Assembly (NCBI RefSeq): GCF_001194135.2
Contig: NC_068982.1
Location: 118,706,121-118,748,431, forward strand
Origin: Octopus bimaculoides
Taxonomy: Eukaryota
Length of the DNA stretch: 42,311 bases
Reading direction: 5' to 3'
The notes below the pieces were generated by a model. The model was not told where the DNA came from. It did not search any database and was given only the letters and a program-made list of their open reading frames with translations. Shown in pieces: positions 13,630 through 26,115 of this stretch; the first letter of the stretch is position 1; the number at the start of each line of letters is the position of its first letter. A program made the position numbers and the translations under genes.

Positions 13630-14939
13630 GTAAGGATAAATCCTCTAGCTACAGTGATTATAGAAACAAGTACATTCAATTTGAAATAAAGTGTAGTCTT
13701 CATTTTTGTTTTTATTTGCTTTAGTGCTCACCGTTTCTGTTGAAAACGTGTAAGAAGATATGCTATATTAAGTCTCCTATCTGTAGTTGAGTCATAAAAA
13801 ACAAACATACAACGGTGGGGATGATTAGCAGGCAATAATGATAACCATGCACTTGAACGTTATTAATCATGATGTGTCACGTTCGAAATCTTTCCCTAGG
13901 CAATTAATTTAAATTTTAATCCCTGGTGCCTTGATTGAAGGTAAAATAAAGATTGTAGAATAGATTCGCCGATTATTGTATAGAGAGAGGATAGAAATAA
14001 GACAACATAATGAGATTTAATATCAATGATTGCAAAAGTTTAATCATTACCAGAATTAGCGAAACATTTTTCCCAATTAAGATATGCTTGAAGACAGGTT
14101 AATAGATAGGTTCAGATGCTGGATATACAAGTCCATCAAGTATATAGAAACACTTGTGTGGTTATTTGTTCATGTATTAGGTTGTATGCAATGGATCACA
14201 ACTCTAGTCTTATAAAATATTATTCATTACGTAAATGTTCATTGCAGTATTGTCAGTTTTTACTAATTCTTAAAAAAAAAAAACCGACCGTTGCAATGAT
14301 TGAAAATTGCACTAAAATATTGCTTCTGGTATAGCCAACAGAAATATAAGAAACTTTTACACTTCGAATAGATAGCACTTTCCTGCTATCTTTATATTCT
14401 ATGATCATTATGTCTATTGTATCAAAGGAATGCACCTTTCTAAAGTTTATATTATCGAGTGCTTTCCTACTGTGTTTATTTGCAACGACCATTATATCTG
14501 TTCTATTAAAAGAATGCTCTTTTGTAAAATATTATATCACTGAGCAAAGTCTCCTTCGTAGGTCACTATAAAACGAAAACAAATACAAAATGAGACAAAA
14601 CACTATAAAGAATTCATTTTGCAACCGGGGCATACATTTATAATCTCAGAAAGTTAGTTTATTCAAATGACTGAAAGAATTGAAGACGCCTATTCATATG
14701 TGGCCAAGCTCTCATCAACTTTTCATTGTTTTGAAATTCAGTGAAGAACAGATGAAGAGCATGGTCTGATTCATTGGAACTGCTCTAAGTATGGGCACCT
14801 AGATTGGAAATGGAAAGCCTGGAGAAGATGCTAACAATAGAGGTCTAATAGGCCCATTATTTCGGTTGCAGCTTCAGTACCTCTCTTTTGGGGGTAATTC
14901 TTCTCTGCCTTGAATTCTTACCATTCTTTATTCTTTGCA

Positions 14940-15475
14940 AATTTTCTGTTGACATGTCCCAGAGTATGATCATATTGCCATTATCCGAGGTCGTTGGGTG
15001 ACGTTTTTTTGTCTTTCGAGACGTGTTAATGTAAGCGATAGACACAATATATCATAGATATGTTCCTATGAAATATCATTTCTTCACCATCTAGAAATTC
15101 TAATATGACTCATTATATGAATTTGGTAGTATCTCGTAGGAAAGCTTCAATTTTGCTATGCACTTCTCAGGCAATTAGACTTATCTTCATACGATTTTTG
15201 TTGTTCAGCAATTTTCTCTTCACCGAAGTGGGTATTGGACATAAAGAGACCTTTCTTGTCGTATTTTCAGCTTAACTTCTGAATTCCCAAGTTTAGCTTT
15301 ATGCGTTACATATGTAGATTCTTTTAGCTATGACGATCAAGCCATAAGCCAAACAATCCATATTTTAGATTCCTTTCATTGTTTTCTTTTTTAACTATTT
15401 CTACCACTTATTCTTTACTATCAGACTCTATCCTCTTTTGAACCAGTTTCATTATTTTTATTTCTTCTGTTTCAC
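14940..15475 (-). mobile_element. Degenerate R4/Dong-type LINE fragment (post-RT region into start of REL domain)
   Basis: The - strand reads RQERSLYVQYPLR (cf. WQEKPLHGQY), then RSA*QN*SFPTRYYQIHIM (cf. AAQDQSLPTRNY), then HPTTSDNGNMIILWDM (cf. ENE-x-x-xILWD), in colinear order. Confidence 0.6.
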
Positions 15476-15479
15476 TGAA

Positions 15480-15960
15480 GTCAAAAAGCAGTATTCATCT
15501 TTTGTTCTTATATTTGATGCCCCTTATGCAAAGACAATCCGAACGCAGAGAATTGTTGTAATGAATGACCGGTAGAAAGGAAACGGCGCGATATCGGGCT
15601 ATCATTACCGAGTCTAATGCCTCGGATGTGCTTCGCGATCCGGTCAACCAAGCGGCATATCGTTTGAAGGACAGAAATAGCAGGGGATGGAGTAAATGAC
15701 GTTGCTAGAAGTGCAGGTAAAGGAGGTAATGATATAATAGAGAGGACGATTGGTGGTTGTGAGGATGGTGGTGGTGGAGACGTAGGGGTAAGTGTGAAAG
15801 CGTGGGCGGTGAATGAGCCGGGTTGAGCTGAGGTTTTTGCTCGCACTATTTGTCAGTTCTTGGTTTTGAACCTACTCCGATCAGAGTTGTCTAGCAATGA
15901 GACTGAAATCCTCCGAGTGTTTCATAGAATCCGTTGCTATTCAACTGAGAGGTGTGACCT
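15480..15960 (-). mobile_element. Penelope-like element fragment: linker plus GIY-YIG endonuclease, frameshifted
   Basis: The - strand reads KN*QIVRAK..PGSF, then RPRFHTYPYV (cf. RPRCxxC), FTCTSSNVIYSIPCYFC, and finally RLVDRIAKHIRGIRLGNDSPISRRFLSTGHS. The 15508..15846 ORF is part of this relic. Confidence 0.8.
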
Positions 15961-18900
15961 TCAAATCTACAGAAATGCACACAGACACACATACACATAC
16001 ACGCACGCGCGCATACCCACACACTACCAGCTCAATGCCATTTCGGTAGCTCTGAAATATTTGAAAACCGTCCTTGTATAGGACTTCCACATTATTTTGG
16101 GAAATAATCTTTACTATTCGGTACTGTTCCTGTATATTTCTCGCTCGGAGATTTAAAACAAGTTGTCTTTTCTGATCACGAGATCGGCAACTGTCTCGCT
16201 TAAAAACTGTATAGTATTTGCAAGTGGAGAGTGCCTTCATCATTAGTTGCTGATTGACTCACACAGCAGACGGGTAATTACTCAGAAACTTTGGTCTGGG
16301 AGTGTCACGTAAGGCTAGAGAAGGGAGCGATGACCTCTTTACATATTTTATACGAGCACAAACAGTGTGCCGGTAACCAACTGAAAAAAAACCCCTTTTC
16401 CTAGGGCTAAACAACATTAACATCGTCCTTGTATAGGAATGCCACATGATATTGGAAAAGAAACGTTACTATCATAAAACCATAAACCGAAAATGAAATA
16501 TAACGCAGAGCATTACACGGCATGCGATTTTTACCTCCCGAAAAAAGTTAATGGAACTTTCTACCAGACAATGTTTCATTCTTGATGCGCTTATTAATAG
16601 TAATCCAGCAGGAAGAAGCCTCCAGATTAAGCGACTTCTTTGTACTCAGATTCATCCGCTATACGCATTATTCCACTAAGATCACTATCGCGTACAGATA
16701 CAATTAAGTGTAAAAGACTTCAATTTAACTCACGTTAACATGGTCGTGGATTCTGAAAGCAAGTCTTCAATTACATTAATATCTTGGGTTCTATTTGGAG
16801 TAGCTATCCTAGTCGGTTTTAATCTATGTATTTCAGGTTCTCTCTCGCTCTCTTTCTCTCCCTCTCTCTCTCACTTGCTCTCACACGCCGTCCTTCCCTC
16901 CATGTCTCCCCACTCTCTCTCTCCCTAAATTATTGGAGTCAAGTATATTTTGTTGACGCAAAGACCAGAATAATTGTGCCTCCATGGTGTCAGATTTTTG
17001 CAGCGTAAAAAGGAAATTTACAAACCTGTCCCATTTCTTTGTATTTATATTCCTGCCCTTTTGAAAAAAATGTTGATTTTGTCTCTGGACTCACATTGTT
17101 AGTCGAAACTTGCAGAGTAATATCATAGAATATATAATACTCTAAAGATTTCTTGTCATATATTTTGAGTTGTTTCTTGGATTTTGTTTTCTTTGTTCTT
17201 TAAAATTTTCAAATTGCAGATTATTCAGTATATGTGCAGACTAGTTTCCACTTCACTATTTCCTTAACCTTAGTATAATAATGACTATAATGGTACATAA
17301 TGGCACACTATTCTGCTAAAACTGTTTCATAGAAAGTCAGCTTGCGTTTTATATACATAAGGTCAGTGCATAGGTTTCTGACAAGTGGTGGTTTCATTGA
17401 AAGGCTTCCAAAATGGTGGTACTGTCTAGAAGTTAATGTGCCTTACGAACTGTCTCATAAGTTAGTTTTCACATATAACTTAGAATTTTTGCATTGCTGT
17501 TAATGTTGTTACTTTTTTTTATTTCTGGATATCAGCATAAGGCTAACTGCTTTAAAAGGTAGATAAATGCTTTCTGTCTGCCTCTCTCAGTTTCTCTTTC
17601 TCTCTCTCTCCATTATATATATATATATGAATACACACACATAGATAAATACATATATATACACACTTACATACATACACACACACACAAACACACACAC
17701 ACACACACACACATATATTTATACATATAATGTGTGTGTGTGTGTGTATATGTATGAGCATTAGTTCTATTTAGTTACGTCTGATTACATTCTAAGTTCA
17801 AATTAACATACACACTATGTACACACACTCATCCACACTACAAACGCGCACGCAATTTGAAAGAAAGAGAGTATTCAGAAGACATCCTCTTATAGATTAT
17901 ATATAAGTATTTTACGTTAACTTTACGAACGATTCTCGATTGTTATAGCAAATAATGCGCGCTAGACATGATACGATTTTAAGTAAAAATATTATTGTGA
18001 AGTGTACGTGAGTGAGTGCATGTGTGTACGAGTGTGAAGCTTCCTTATTATTTCAGTTTCTTTTATTCAATTTCTTTTTTTCACTATGGACAGGTTTTCC
18101 CTAATTATGCGGTTTCTCTCCAAACGATATGTTTTCTGTTTCTTAGATATTTATCCCTATTTCTTATTCATGTTTTCAAAAAAAAAATAAATCACTGTGT
18201 TTCTTTCTTACATTAACTGTACATATAATTCATTTCGGTGAAACATACATAATCCTCTCAAAATAAATATATTATATATTTGATTGCTCTCGCAATATCT
18301 ATAAATTATTTCTGGAACATTTCTAGGTCTATCTTCGTAGGTAATCCATGAATGGAGTGGGGCGTAATATCTAGCGGAATCCCTATGTTTTTCATTTTTT
18401 TTTCTTATCCCTTAAACAAATTTCAGCCAGAAGGCGAAATCGAAACCACGCTGGTCTGAAGTATTCTGAATTACATACTCGTTGTTGTTATATCACCTTT
18501 ATGATAAAATGTTATTTATTCTCACCGCCAGCAATGATCATTTTATTTAGATGATATCACAAATCATTCTTTCCGTACATTACACTCACAACTATCTTGC
18601 AAATCCTTTTATCTTTCAACAGCAGAGGAATGTGATCAGTGATCCTATCAAAGGAACTATATTTTCTTCTCACATATACTAGTTTGTAGCAACACGCATG
18701 TTATGGTAAGAAAGTCGTCACAAAAACTCAACCTCACTCTCACTAATTTCTATTCCTGGTAGTCTGCCACAATTAATTTAGCAGTAAATGCGCAGGAATG
18801 ACTTGGCTTTCATCTTCAATTGACAATATATTTTAGCATCCAATTTTTTATAACCCAAGTAAGAACTGCAATTTAATTCTGCTTACACATCTAGTATGAA

Positions 18901-19144
18901 GCTGCTGTAGACATATCTTAAATTCGATCTATCATAAAGAAATCCTAGACATCGGCATAAACCTACACAAAAGTGCAGTATGATGATGCGTGATATTGAC
19001 GTGAAACTATATAACTTTGATCAGCAGACAGCATGAGGTATTCTCCTCTGCGCATATAATTTGTTTCCAACAATTCTACAAACGGCTGATTCCAAACCCC
19101 AAACATAACCCTCATAAGATTGCGAAGACATTTGTATCTTTTCT

Positions 19145-19207
19145 TGGTTCCTACGGAACCACATGCGTAGTGCATGTGGTTCCTACGGAACCACATGCAC
19201 TACGCAT
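19145..19207. repeat. Compound perfect palindrome: 21-bp stem with 3-nt loop plus two nested stems
   Basis: 19163-19183 atgcgtagtgcatgtggttcc is the exact reverse complement of 19187-19207. A 22-bp direct repeat lies at 19145-19166 and 19177-19198. Confidence 0.95.
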
Positions 19208-19872
19208 TCTGCAGCAATTAGCAGCCAAAAAGACAGAAAAAGTATAATGAGAAGTAGAAAAACGGTGCAAGCTCTCGATTTGTACATTATTCCATTTTCC
19301 CTACGAAATGATCAAATCATATTTAATCATCACTACATTCTAATAATAACTCCGAAATAGTATATTGTAGGACAGTTGCGGATTAGTATATTTGCTACAT
19401 ATCTTGAGTTCTATGTTAACTTAAACTAAATATCCACATGTGCGTAGAGTTGCAGCAATTAATTTTTCTATCTGCTTAGTTTGTGGACTGGGGTATAGAA
19501 CATATTGAATCAAAACAAAGTGGGATTTTTTTCCCCAGAATATGCTCCACATAGGCGAATACATCACCTTCATGTTAAGAACTATCTTGTCAATAGTTTT
19601 ACTCATGCACTTTGCTCATACAAGGTGTTGCAGAACATTTCCTGTCCTTAAGAGTACCGTGAAAGGCCTGCTTGAAGGCCCAAACTTCCAAGTTCTGTTA
19701 CAGGAAAGCTGAAGGACCACTGCATTAAGTGTGTGAATCAGTGAGCGGATCATATTAAATATAATCATAATTAATTGATTCTCCAGTATTTTCCTTTACC
19801 CAAAGCCAGGAACTTTTCAGCGCCACCTCCTCCGTGGATAATGTTATAACTGATCAGTTTTTCAATTGTATC

Positions 19873-20008
19873 ATTTCGCCGAGATCGACTTTGCTTTTCA
19901 TCCTCTCGGGGTCGATAAAATAAGTACCAGCTGAGCATTGGGTTCAATGTAATAGATTTAAGCCCTGCCCTGAAATAGCTGGCCTTGTGCCAAAACTTTA
20001 AACCTAAT
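19873..20008 (+). mobile_element. 5'-truncated tRNA-derived SINE
   Basis: cgccgagatcgactttgcttttcatcctctcggggtcgataaaataagtaccag...gctggccttgtgccaaaa matches the core of the other two copies. Confidence 0.85.
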
Positions 20009-20867
20009 TTTCGATAGCATTAAAAGTCAATATTATATACTGAGACACACTCGCACTTGACTCATTACTGATCATATTTAAACCAAGTAAAAGTGTCCAG
20101 AAGTCAAAAAGTAAATCTCTTAAAAGATACCCTTTCATTTACGAAAAAGTAAGACAAAAGAACAGAACTAAGATACGCCTCTGAGTAGTATGAGATTCGT
20201 GATTCTTAAGAATGTCTGCAAATATACTGCATGGTGAAAGACATCTCCTAATGCCATTCAATTAAATTTCTTGCAGTGATAGTGCTAACTTACTAATGTC
20301 GTATATTGCATTCTGATAACCCAGCAACCAAGTCCAGAGCTGACATAATATCATTATCGCTATTTTAAGTAAAACTATATTTAGATAACAAAGACATTAA
20401 ACCTTCATGTGACGTATGCCTGTTGATTAGAGCATTATAAATTTTGCTTTTAAATAAAGATCGTTTAAAATCCATTATGAATATATGTACACATATATGA
20501 CCGGAAATCTCATGACGATCATATATCAAACTAACCGAAAGTTATCTTAGATAGAGATATTAAAAAAGAAACCATTGCTGTATTTATCAGACTATACTAA
20601 CTGTATTGACCTTATATCACTGGGTTCAAACTATAATGAGACATTCTTCTGATTATTTTCACTTGCTAGTATTCTCATCCATGGCACCAATATCATTGAT
20701 TATTGAGCTATTTGGACAAATGAAGCATATTTCTGCAAAAATTGCTGAAAATATATTTTGTTTCTCATATTTGAGATTTTATTTGTATTACTTCTTTTAT
20801 TGTGTCCAAGAAGAGTAATTTTCATGTAACCATTCAGCCATGAAATAAATAGTTTACAAACATCCTG

Positions 20868-20879
20868 AGTAGCAGCAGC

Positions 20880-20953
<74 letters not shown>
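20868..20953. repeat. (TAG)n / (CTA)n trinucleotide microsatellite
   Basis: Directly visible. Confidence 0.95.
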
Positions 20954-20954
<1 letters not shown>

Positions 20955-21140
20955 TATAATGATGTCATTTCTAGGGCACATGGTAGTTTGTCATCCCGGT
21001 TTAACTTTATAAAGTATCTTCGCAGGAAAATCATCCTGGTGTCACACAAATTCCAGAATTTCAGTTATTTTCTGCATATGGAACTATATATAAAATTCTA
21101 GAAGCAAAGAAATTAACAAGTTTTGAGGGACCCCGCAGTA
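20955..21140 (-). mobile_element. Possible decayed 3' end of an R4/Dong-type LINE leading into the (CTA)n tail
   Basis: The - strand reads GVPQNLL, then MQKIT, then ttcctgcgaagatacttt, resembling the GxVPKNL...MQKIALLGTAxILRK C-terminus, directly followed by (CTA)n. Confidence 0.35.
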
Positions 21141-21854
21141 TGTGTGTGGTTTATAAGTTGCATCAAAAAACAGCTGTATATATACTAACAGCAGGAATGG
21201 TTGATAAAGAAAGAATAATTGTACTTGAAGTCGAGCAGATAGCACTCTATTATAAATTACAATCTTAGACATGAACAGCATGCGGTAACTACAGCCGAGC
21301 AAGATTCCCGATTAATCCGTAACTGAATGAATTTGCACATAAATAATCACCCTGACGCTGAAAAAGTCCTACTACTCCATTACTGAGAAACTATATGCTT
21401 TCCATGAAGCACACTTGCTACAAATATTTGGCGTTTTAATGCAATCAAAATAAACAAGTCATAATATCAATGTTTTTTTAACGAAGTAGAACCGGTGACA
21501 AATTCATCATTGTATACTACAAGAGCAGCTAAAAAAGAAATGAATTCCTGAAGGTCATAGGTGGAGGTAAAAGACTCGCTTGGAGATTGCAAATATCAGT
21601 AAAGTATTTTCTACTTTATACCTGAATTGTGAAAATACCTAACAGCTAACGATCACATTTCGCATTGTGCTGGGAGGACAATTTGTGTGACAGACGATAG
21701 GAAGAGGCAGCCGATCTCCAAACAGACTTTATGGTTGGTCATCAAGGACTGCACAAATTGAAAGCTTCAGTCGGAATACAACATGTTTTACATGGCGCTC
21801 AAAGGGGTGTATTTAGATTGCGAGGTGTTTTGGTGTACTGAACAATGTGTGCAT

Positions 21855-21893
<39 letters not shown>

Positions 21894-23149
21894 NNNNNNN
21901 NNNNNNNNNNNNNNNNNNNNNNNNNNNNNNNNNNNNNNNNNNNNNNNNNNNNNNNNNNNNNNNNNNNNNNNNNNNNNNNNNNNNNNNNNNNNNNNNNNNN
22001 NNNNNNNNNNNNNNNNNNNNNNNNNNNNNNNNNNNNNNNNNNNNNNNNNNNNNNNNNNNNNNNNNNNNNNNNNNNNNNNNNNNNNNNNNNNNNNNNNNNN
22101 NNNNNNNNNNNNNNNNNNNNNNNNNNNNNNNNNNNNNNNNNNNNNNNNNNNNNNNNNNNNNNNNNNNNNNNNNNNNNNNNNNNNNNNNNNNNNNNNNNNN
22201 NNNNNNNNNNNNNNNNNNNNNNNNNNNNNNNNNNNNNNNNNNNNNNNNNNNNNNNNNNNNNNNNNNNNNNNNNNNNNNNNNNNNNNNNNNNNNNNNNNNN
22301 NNNNNNNNNNNNNNNNNNNNNNNNNNNNNNNNNNNNNNNNNNNNNNNNNNNNNNNNNNNNNNNNNNNNNNNNNNNNNNNNNNNNNNNNNNNNNNNNNNNN
22401 NNNNNNNNNNNNNNNNNNNNNNNNNNNNNNNNNNNNNNNNNNNNNNNNNNNNNNNNNNNNNNNNNNNNNNNNNNNNNNNNNNNNNNNNNNNNNNNNNNNN
22501 NNNNNNNNNNNNNNNNNNNNNNNNNNNNNNNNNNNNNNNNNNNNNNNNNNNNNNNNNNNNNNNNNNNNNNNNNNNNNNNNNNNNNNNNNNNNNNNNNNNN
22601 NNNNNNNNNNNNNNNNNNNNNNNNNNNNNNNNNNNNNNNNNNNNNNNNNNNNNNNNNNNNNNNNNNNNNNNNNNNNNNNNNNNNNNNNNNNNNNNNNNNN
22701 NNNNNNNNNNNNNNNNNNNNNNNNNNNNNNNNNNNNNNNNNNNNNNNNNNNNNNNNNNNNNNNNNNNNNNNNNNNNNNNNNNNNNNNNNNNNNNNNNNNN
22801 NNNNNNNNNNNNNNNNNNNNNNNNNNNNNNNNNNNNNNNATGTATGTATGTATGTATGTATGTATGTATATATGTATGTATGCATAAACAACTGAGGAGT
22901 GCAACAACAACAAAAAAAACACAACCACATTTCACATGATACATGAACAATGTATCACCTGACCACTTTGCTAACCAAAGAGGTAACTCTTTTTTTACTA
23001 ACCTATCTAAAAAATATGAAGGCTGCCTAAGCCGGGAGATCCAACAAGCTATCAGTAGCCGTATATGCACACACACACACATCTCCATACAAAATCTCTC
23101 TTCTCTGTTACCTCTGAACAACATAACACAAGTACTTAGCACTTAGAAA

Positions 23150-26115
23150 AATACAAACAACAAAATACCCTTGCTTCCACATTCCCGCTAAACGTACGTT
23201 TCATCAACACTTCACTCACTACCCCAAAATTGAAGATCCCATATATAGAGTGTTGGCTTACCGAAACGGTTCACTGCATTCCCTTCGTTATCCTTACAGA
23301 AACTCATCCAAAATGACACTCACTTGGATGCCGAGATGAAAATTAAAAATTTCATCGTGTAGATCGCACAAACTCAAATGAAGGAGGGACATCCATTTTG
23401 TCCATGACTCCTTTGCAATTGATGCCAGGGACATATTTTACAATGGCTACTGTGAATCCATATCATTATTCAACAAGGTCAACGTCATAACCATTGTTGG
23501 TCTCTCCAAGCGCCTCTAAAGTACTTTGAAGAATACCTCATCAAAAGCAAGTTCTTCTTTCAAAAATACCACTCCGATAACATACTGGTGATGAGTGATT
23601 TTAATCTCCCTTATGTAAATTGACCTACAAATACTATGGAGTTAGGCAACTGCATTACACGAGATGAAGCAGCCGCAGATTTACGCTTTAATCTCATGGA
23701 TGAATTTTTGTTGAAACAACTAGTGCTGGAACCAACGAAGCAGAATAAACCACCCTAGCTCCATCCACAGCATTTCAGTTGAAAATATCTCCTCTCAGAC
23801 CACGACATGATTCTCTGCAACTTTAATTTCCGGCATACCATAAAGCAGCCAAACCCATTCCATTGCACTTAATTAACAACATAAACTTCCACAAAGCGGT
23901 CTGGGAAGCAATTAGAAAGGATATATATTTTTTTATCGACTGGTCCTTCACTCTCAGTTTCACTGACATTGAGACAGCATGACAGCACTTTGAGGGAATT
24001 GTCACCTATACATGCTCAAAACATGCTCCTACGAAATTCAGAAGCACGAACAACAACAGGCTCCTTAAAAAAGAAAGAAAGAAAAAACACTCATCAGGAG
24101 CATCAAAAGACTTAATGTAAAAATCAATTAAAATATTCCAACAAACAGCATCCGCATTCAACAAGACCGAATTGGAGAAAAATTCATCTGACGACCAACA
24201 CGAAAACCTGCACTGAAAATCAACGAGCGGCAGAGAAAGAGTAACAAAAAAGAAAATGAAACAGAACCCAAAAATCTTCCTTTCATACGCCAATAAGCGT
24301 AAAACCGCTATCTCATCTGTTGGTCCACTGATCGATGATAACGGTATTCTGCAACATAATGCTAAAGAAATTGCAGAAGTTCTGCAGAAACAATACTGCT
24401 CTGTCTTTAGTGATCCCACAGATACTGATGGAAGGGATGTGAACGAAATTGATCCTCAACATATAATGTTGGACATACTGCTTCACACAAATGAGATCAA
24501 ATAGTATTCTGCTTTAGGCCATGTAAGATTCCCCGTTAGACTTCTGAAGGAATGTAGACACCAACTTGCAGTCCCTCTAACCAACCTCTGGAGAAATTCT
24601 TTAGACTCAGGTTTACACCGAAGCAGCGCTTACCTCAGTCTGTCATTCCGGTTTTCAAACAGCGAAACAGATCCCTCACAGTCAACAATCGCTCAATCTC
24701 ACTCACCTCCCATATCATCCAAGTGCTTGAAAGGGTGGTGAGATCAAGGATAGATGGCTTCCTGGAGAGCCACAATCTTCTAAATTCAAACCAGCATGAC
24801 TTTCGCTGCGGCAGGGACTGTCTAACAATGCTCTTACATCACATCGATGATGTCCTTAAAGATTTGAGTTCAAGATCAAACTCTGATGTCATATATCTTG
24901 ACTCCAGTAAAACGTTCGAAAGTCGACCACAATAACCTACTGTCAAAATTGCCAAATAGTGGTATCCATGGAAAACTACTGCACTGGGTTGTGTATTTCC
25001 TGGAGAACAGAACATATTTTGTAATCGGTAGAATCCACTGAAGCCCAGCAAAATTCATCAGTGGTATCCCTCAAGGGACTGTCTTAGGCCTGCTTCTGTT
25101 TATAGTCTATATAAACGACATTTCAAGCGTCATCAAACACAACAGCAAAGTGAAATTGTTCACCGATAACTCCAAGGTCCAGAAAATTATCAACGAAAAC
25201 CCTACTGAATTCTAGTCTGATCTACATGTTGTAAGTCAATGGGCAGACAAAAACAAAATGCGACTACACAACGGAAAATTTGAATTGATCCATTTTGGAA
25301 TAAAGACTATCCTAAAAGAACTATTTTTCTCTTCCTTCGGGGGAACCACTCACAGCATTTAATACTACCAGACACGTATGAGCAATTGTTGACAACAATC
25401 TTAGCTGGAGAGTCCACGTCAACAATAAGATTGATGTAGCTCGAAGGATGAGCTCCCAGGTCCTAAGAACCTTCCGGTCCAGAGAATAAGGTATTGACAT
25501 TCCTCTTTTCGCCTTCATTGTACGGCCATACCTCGAATACTGCTGTCTACTGTGTTCTCCTCACACAAAACAAAACATTTCGAAAATCAATTCAAGTGAA
25601 TCACCCCAGAAGTAATTCAAAAAAAAAATTAAGGGCATGACTGACCTCGATTACTTGGACCGCTTTAAAGCATTGAAACTCTATTCTCTCCAGCGCCGCC
25701 GTGATAGAAAATATACCACAGGCATTGACCAAAACGACCTCAACATTCATTGAAAGCTAGGATAACGAGCCATATATCTCCTACCCAACTCAGGAACACA
25801 ACATATGAATACACTGCAACACAATTTCTTTTCCTCAACTGGTCCTGCCCTATTTAAAATTGTCCGAAAACAGATCAAATAGGAAAAGGATCCCATCGCC
25901 TTGAAATGGAATCTGGAAAAGTTTTTTCGAGGGATACCAGATAAGCCAAGTATAATTGAATTCAACTCATCCAACAAGAACTCCCTACACGAATGTGCAT
26001 GATACCACAAGCGTTGACTTAAAAAGAGTGTAGCAAATCCTATCAGGTGGTGCGACTAAATTAGACATGGCCTGGACCAATCTTCGGTCGAAACATATCT
26101 AAGTTATCTAAGTTA
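23150..26115 (+). mobile_element. CR1/L2-group LINE, near-complete but inactivated ORF2 (AP endonuclease + reverse transcriptase) with 3' UTR
   Basis: APE motifs IPFVILTETH, SDFNLPYVN and LMDEFLLKQLVLEPT. RT motifs NPKIFLSYANKRK, NQHDFRCGRDCLTMLL, DVIYLDSSKTF, SGIPQGTVLGLLLFIVYINDI and FTDNSK (cf. FADDSK). Many stops and frameshifts. Short tandem tail ctaagttatctaagtta. Confidence 0.92.

Noticed and set aside
14700-14940. Stretch I first read as a Tc1/mariner HVN...PQK motif
   Set aside because: The adjacent ILWDM reading fits a Dong REL region better, and no DD(E/D) triad or TIRs were found.
15508-15846. 112-aa Pro/Ser-rich ORF as a host gene
   Set aside because: It is a frameshifted composite of a Penelope linker and GIY-YIG domain.
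16740-16928. Short ORF with a transmembrane-like segment
   Set aside because: It runs into a CT microsatellite and has no other support.
26060-26100. gacc/ggtc stem followed by GAAAC at the CR1 3' end as a hammerhead ribozyme
   Set aside because: The CUGANGA box is missing. It is better explained as an ordinary LINE 3' UTR stem-loop.
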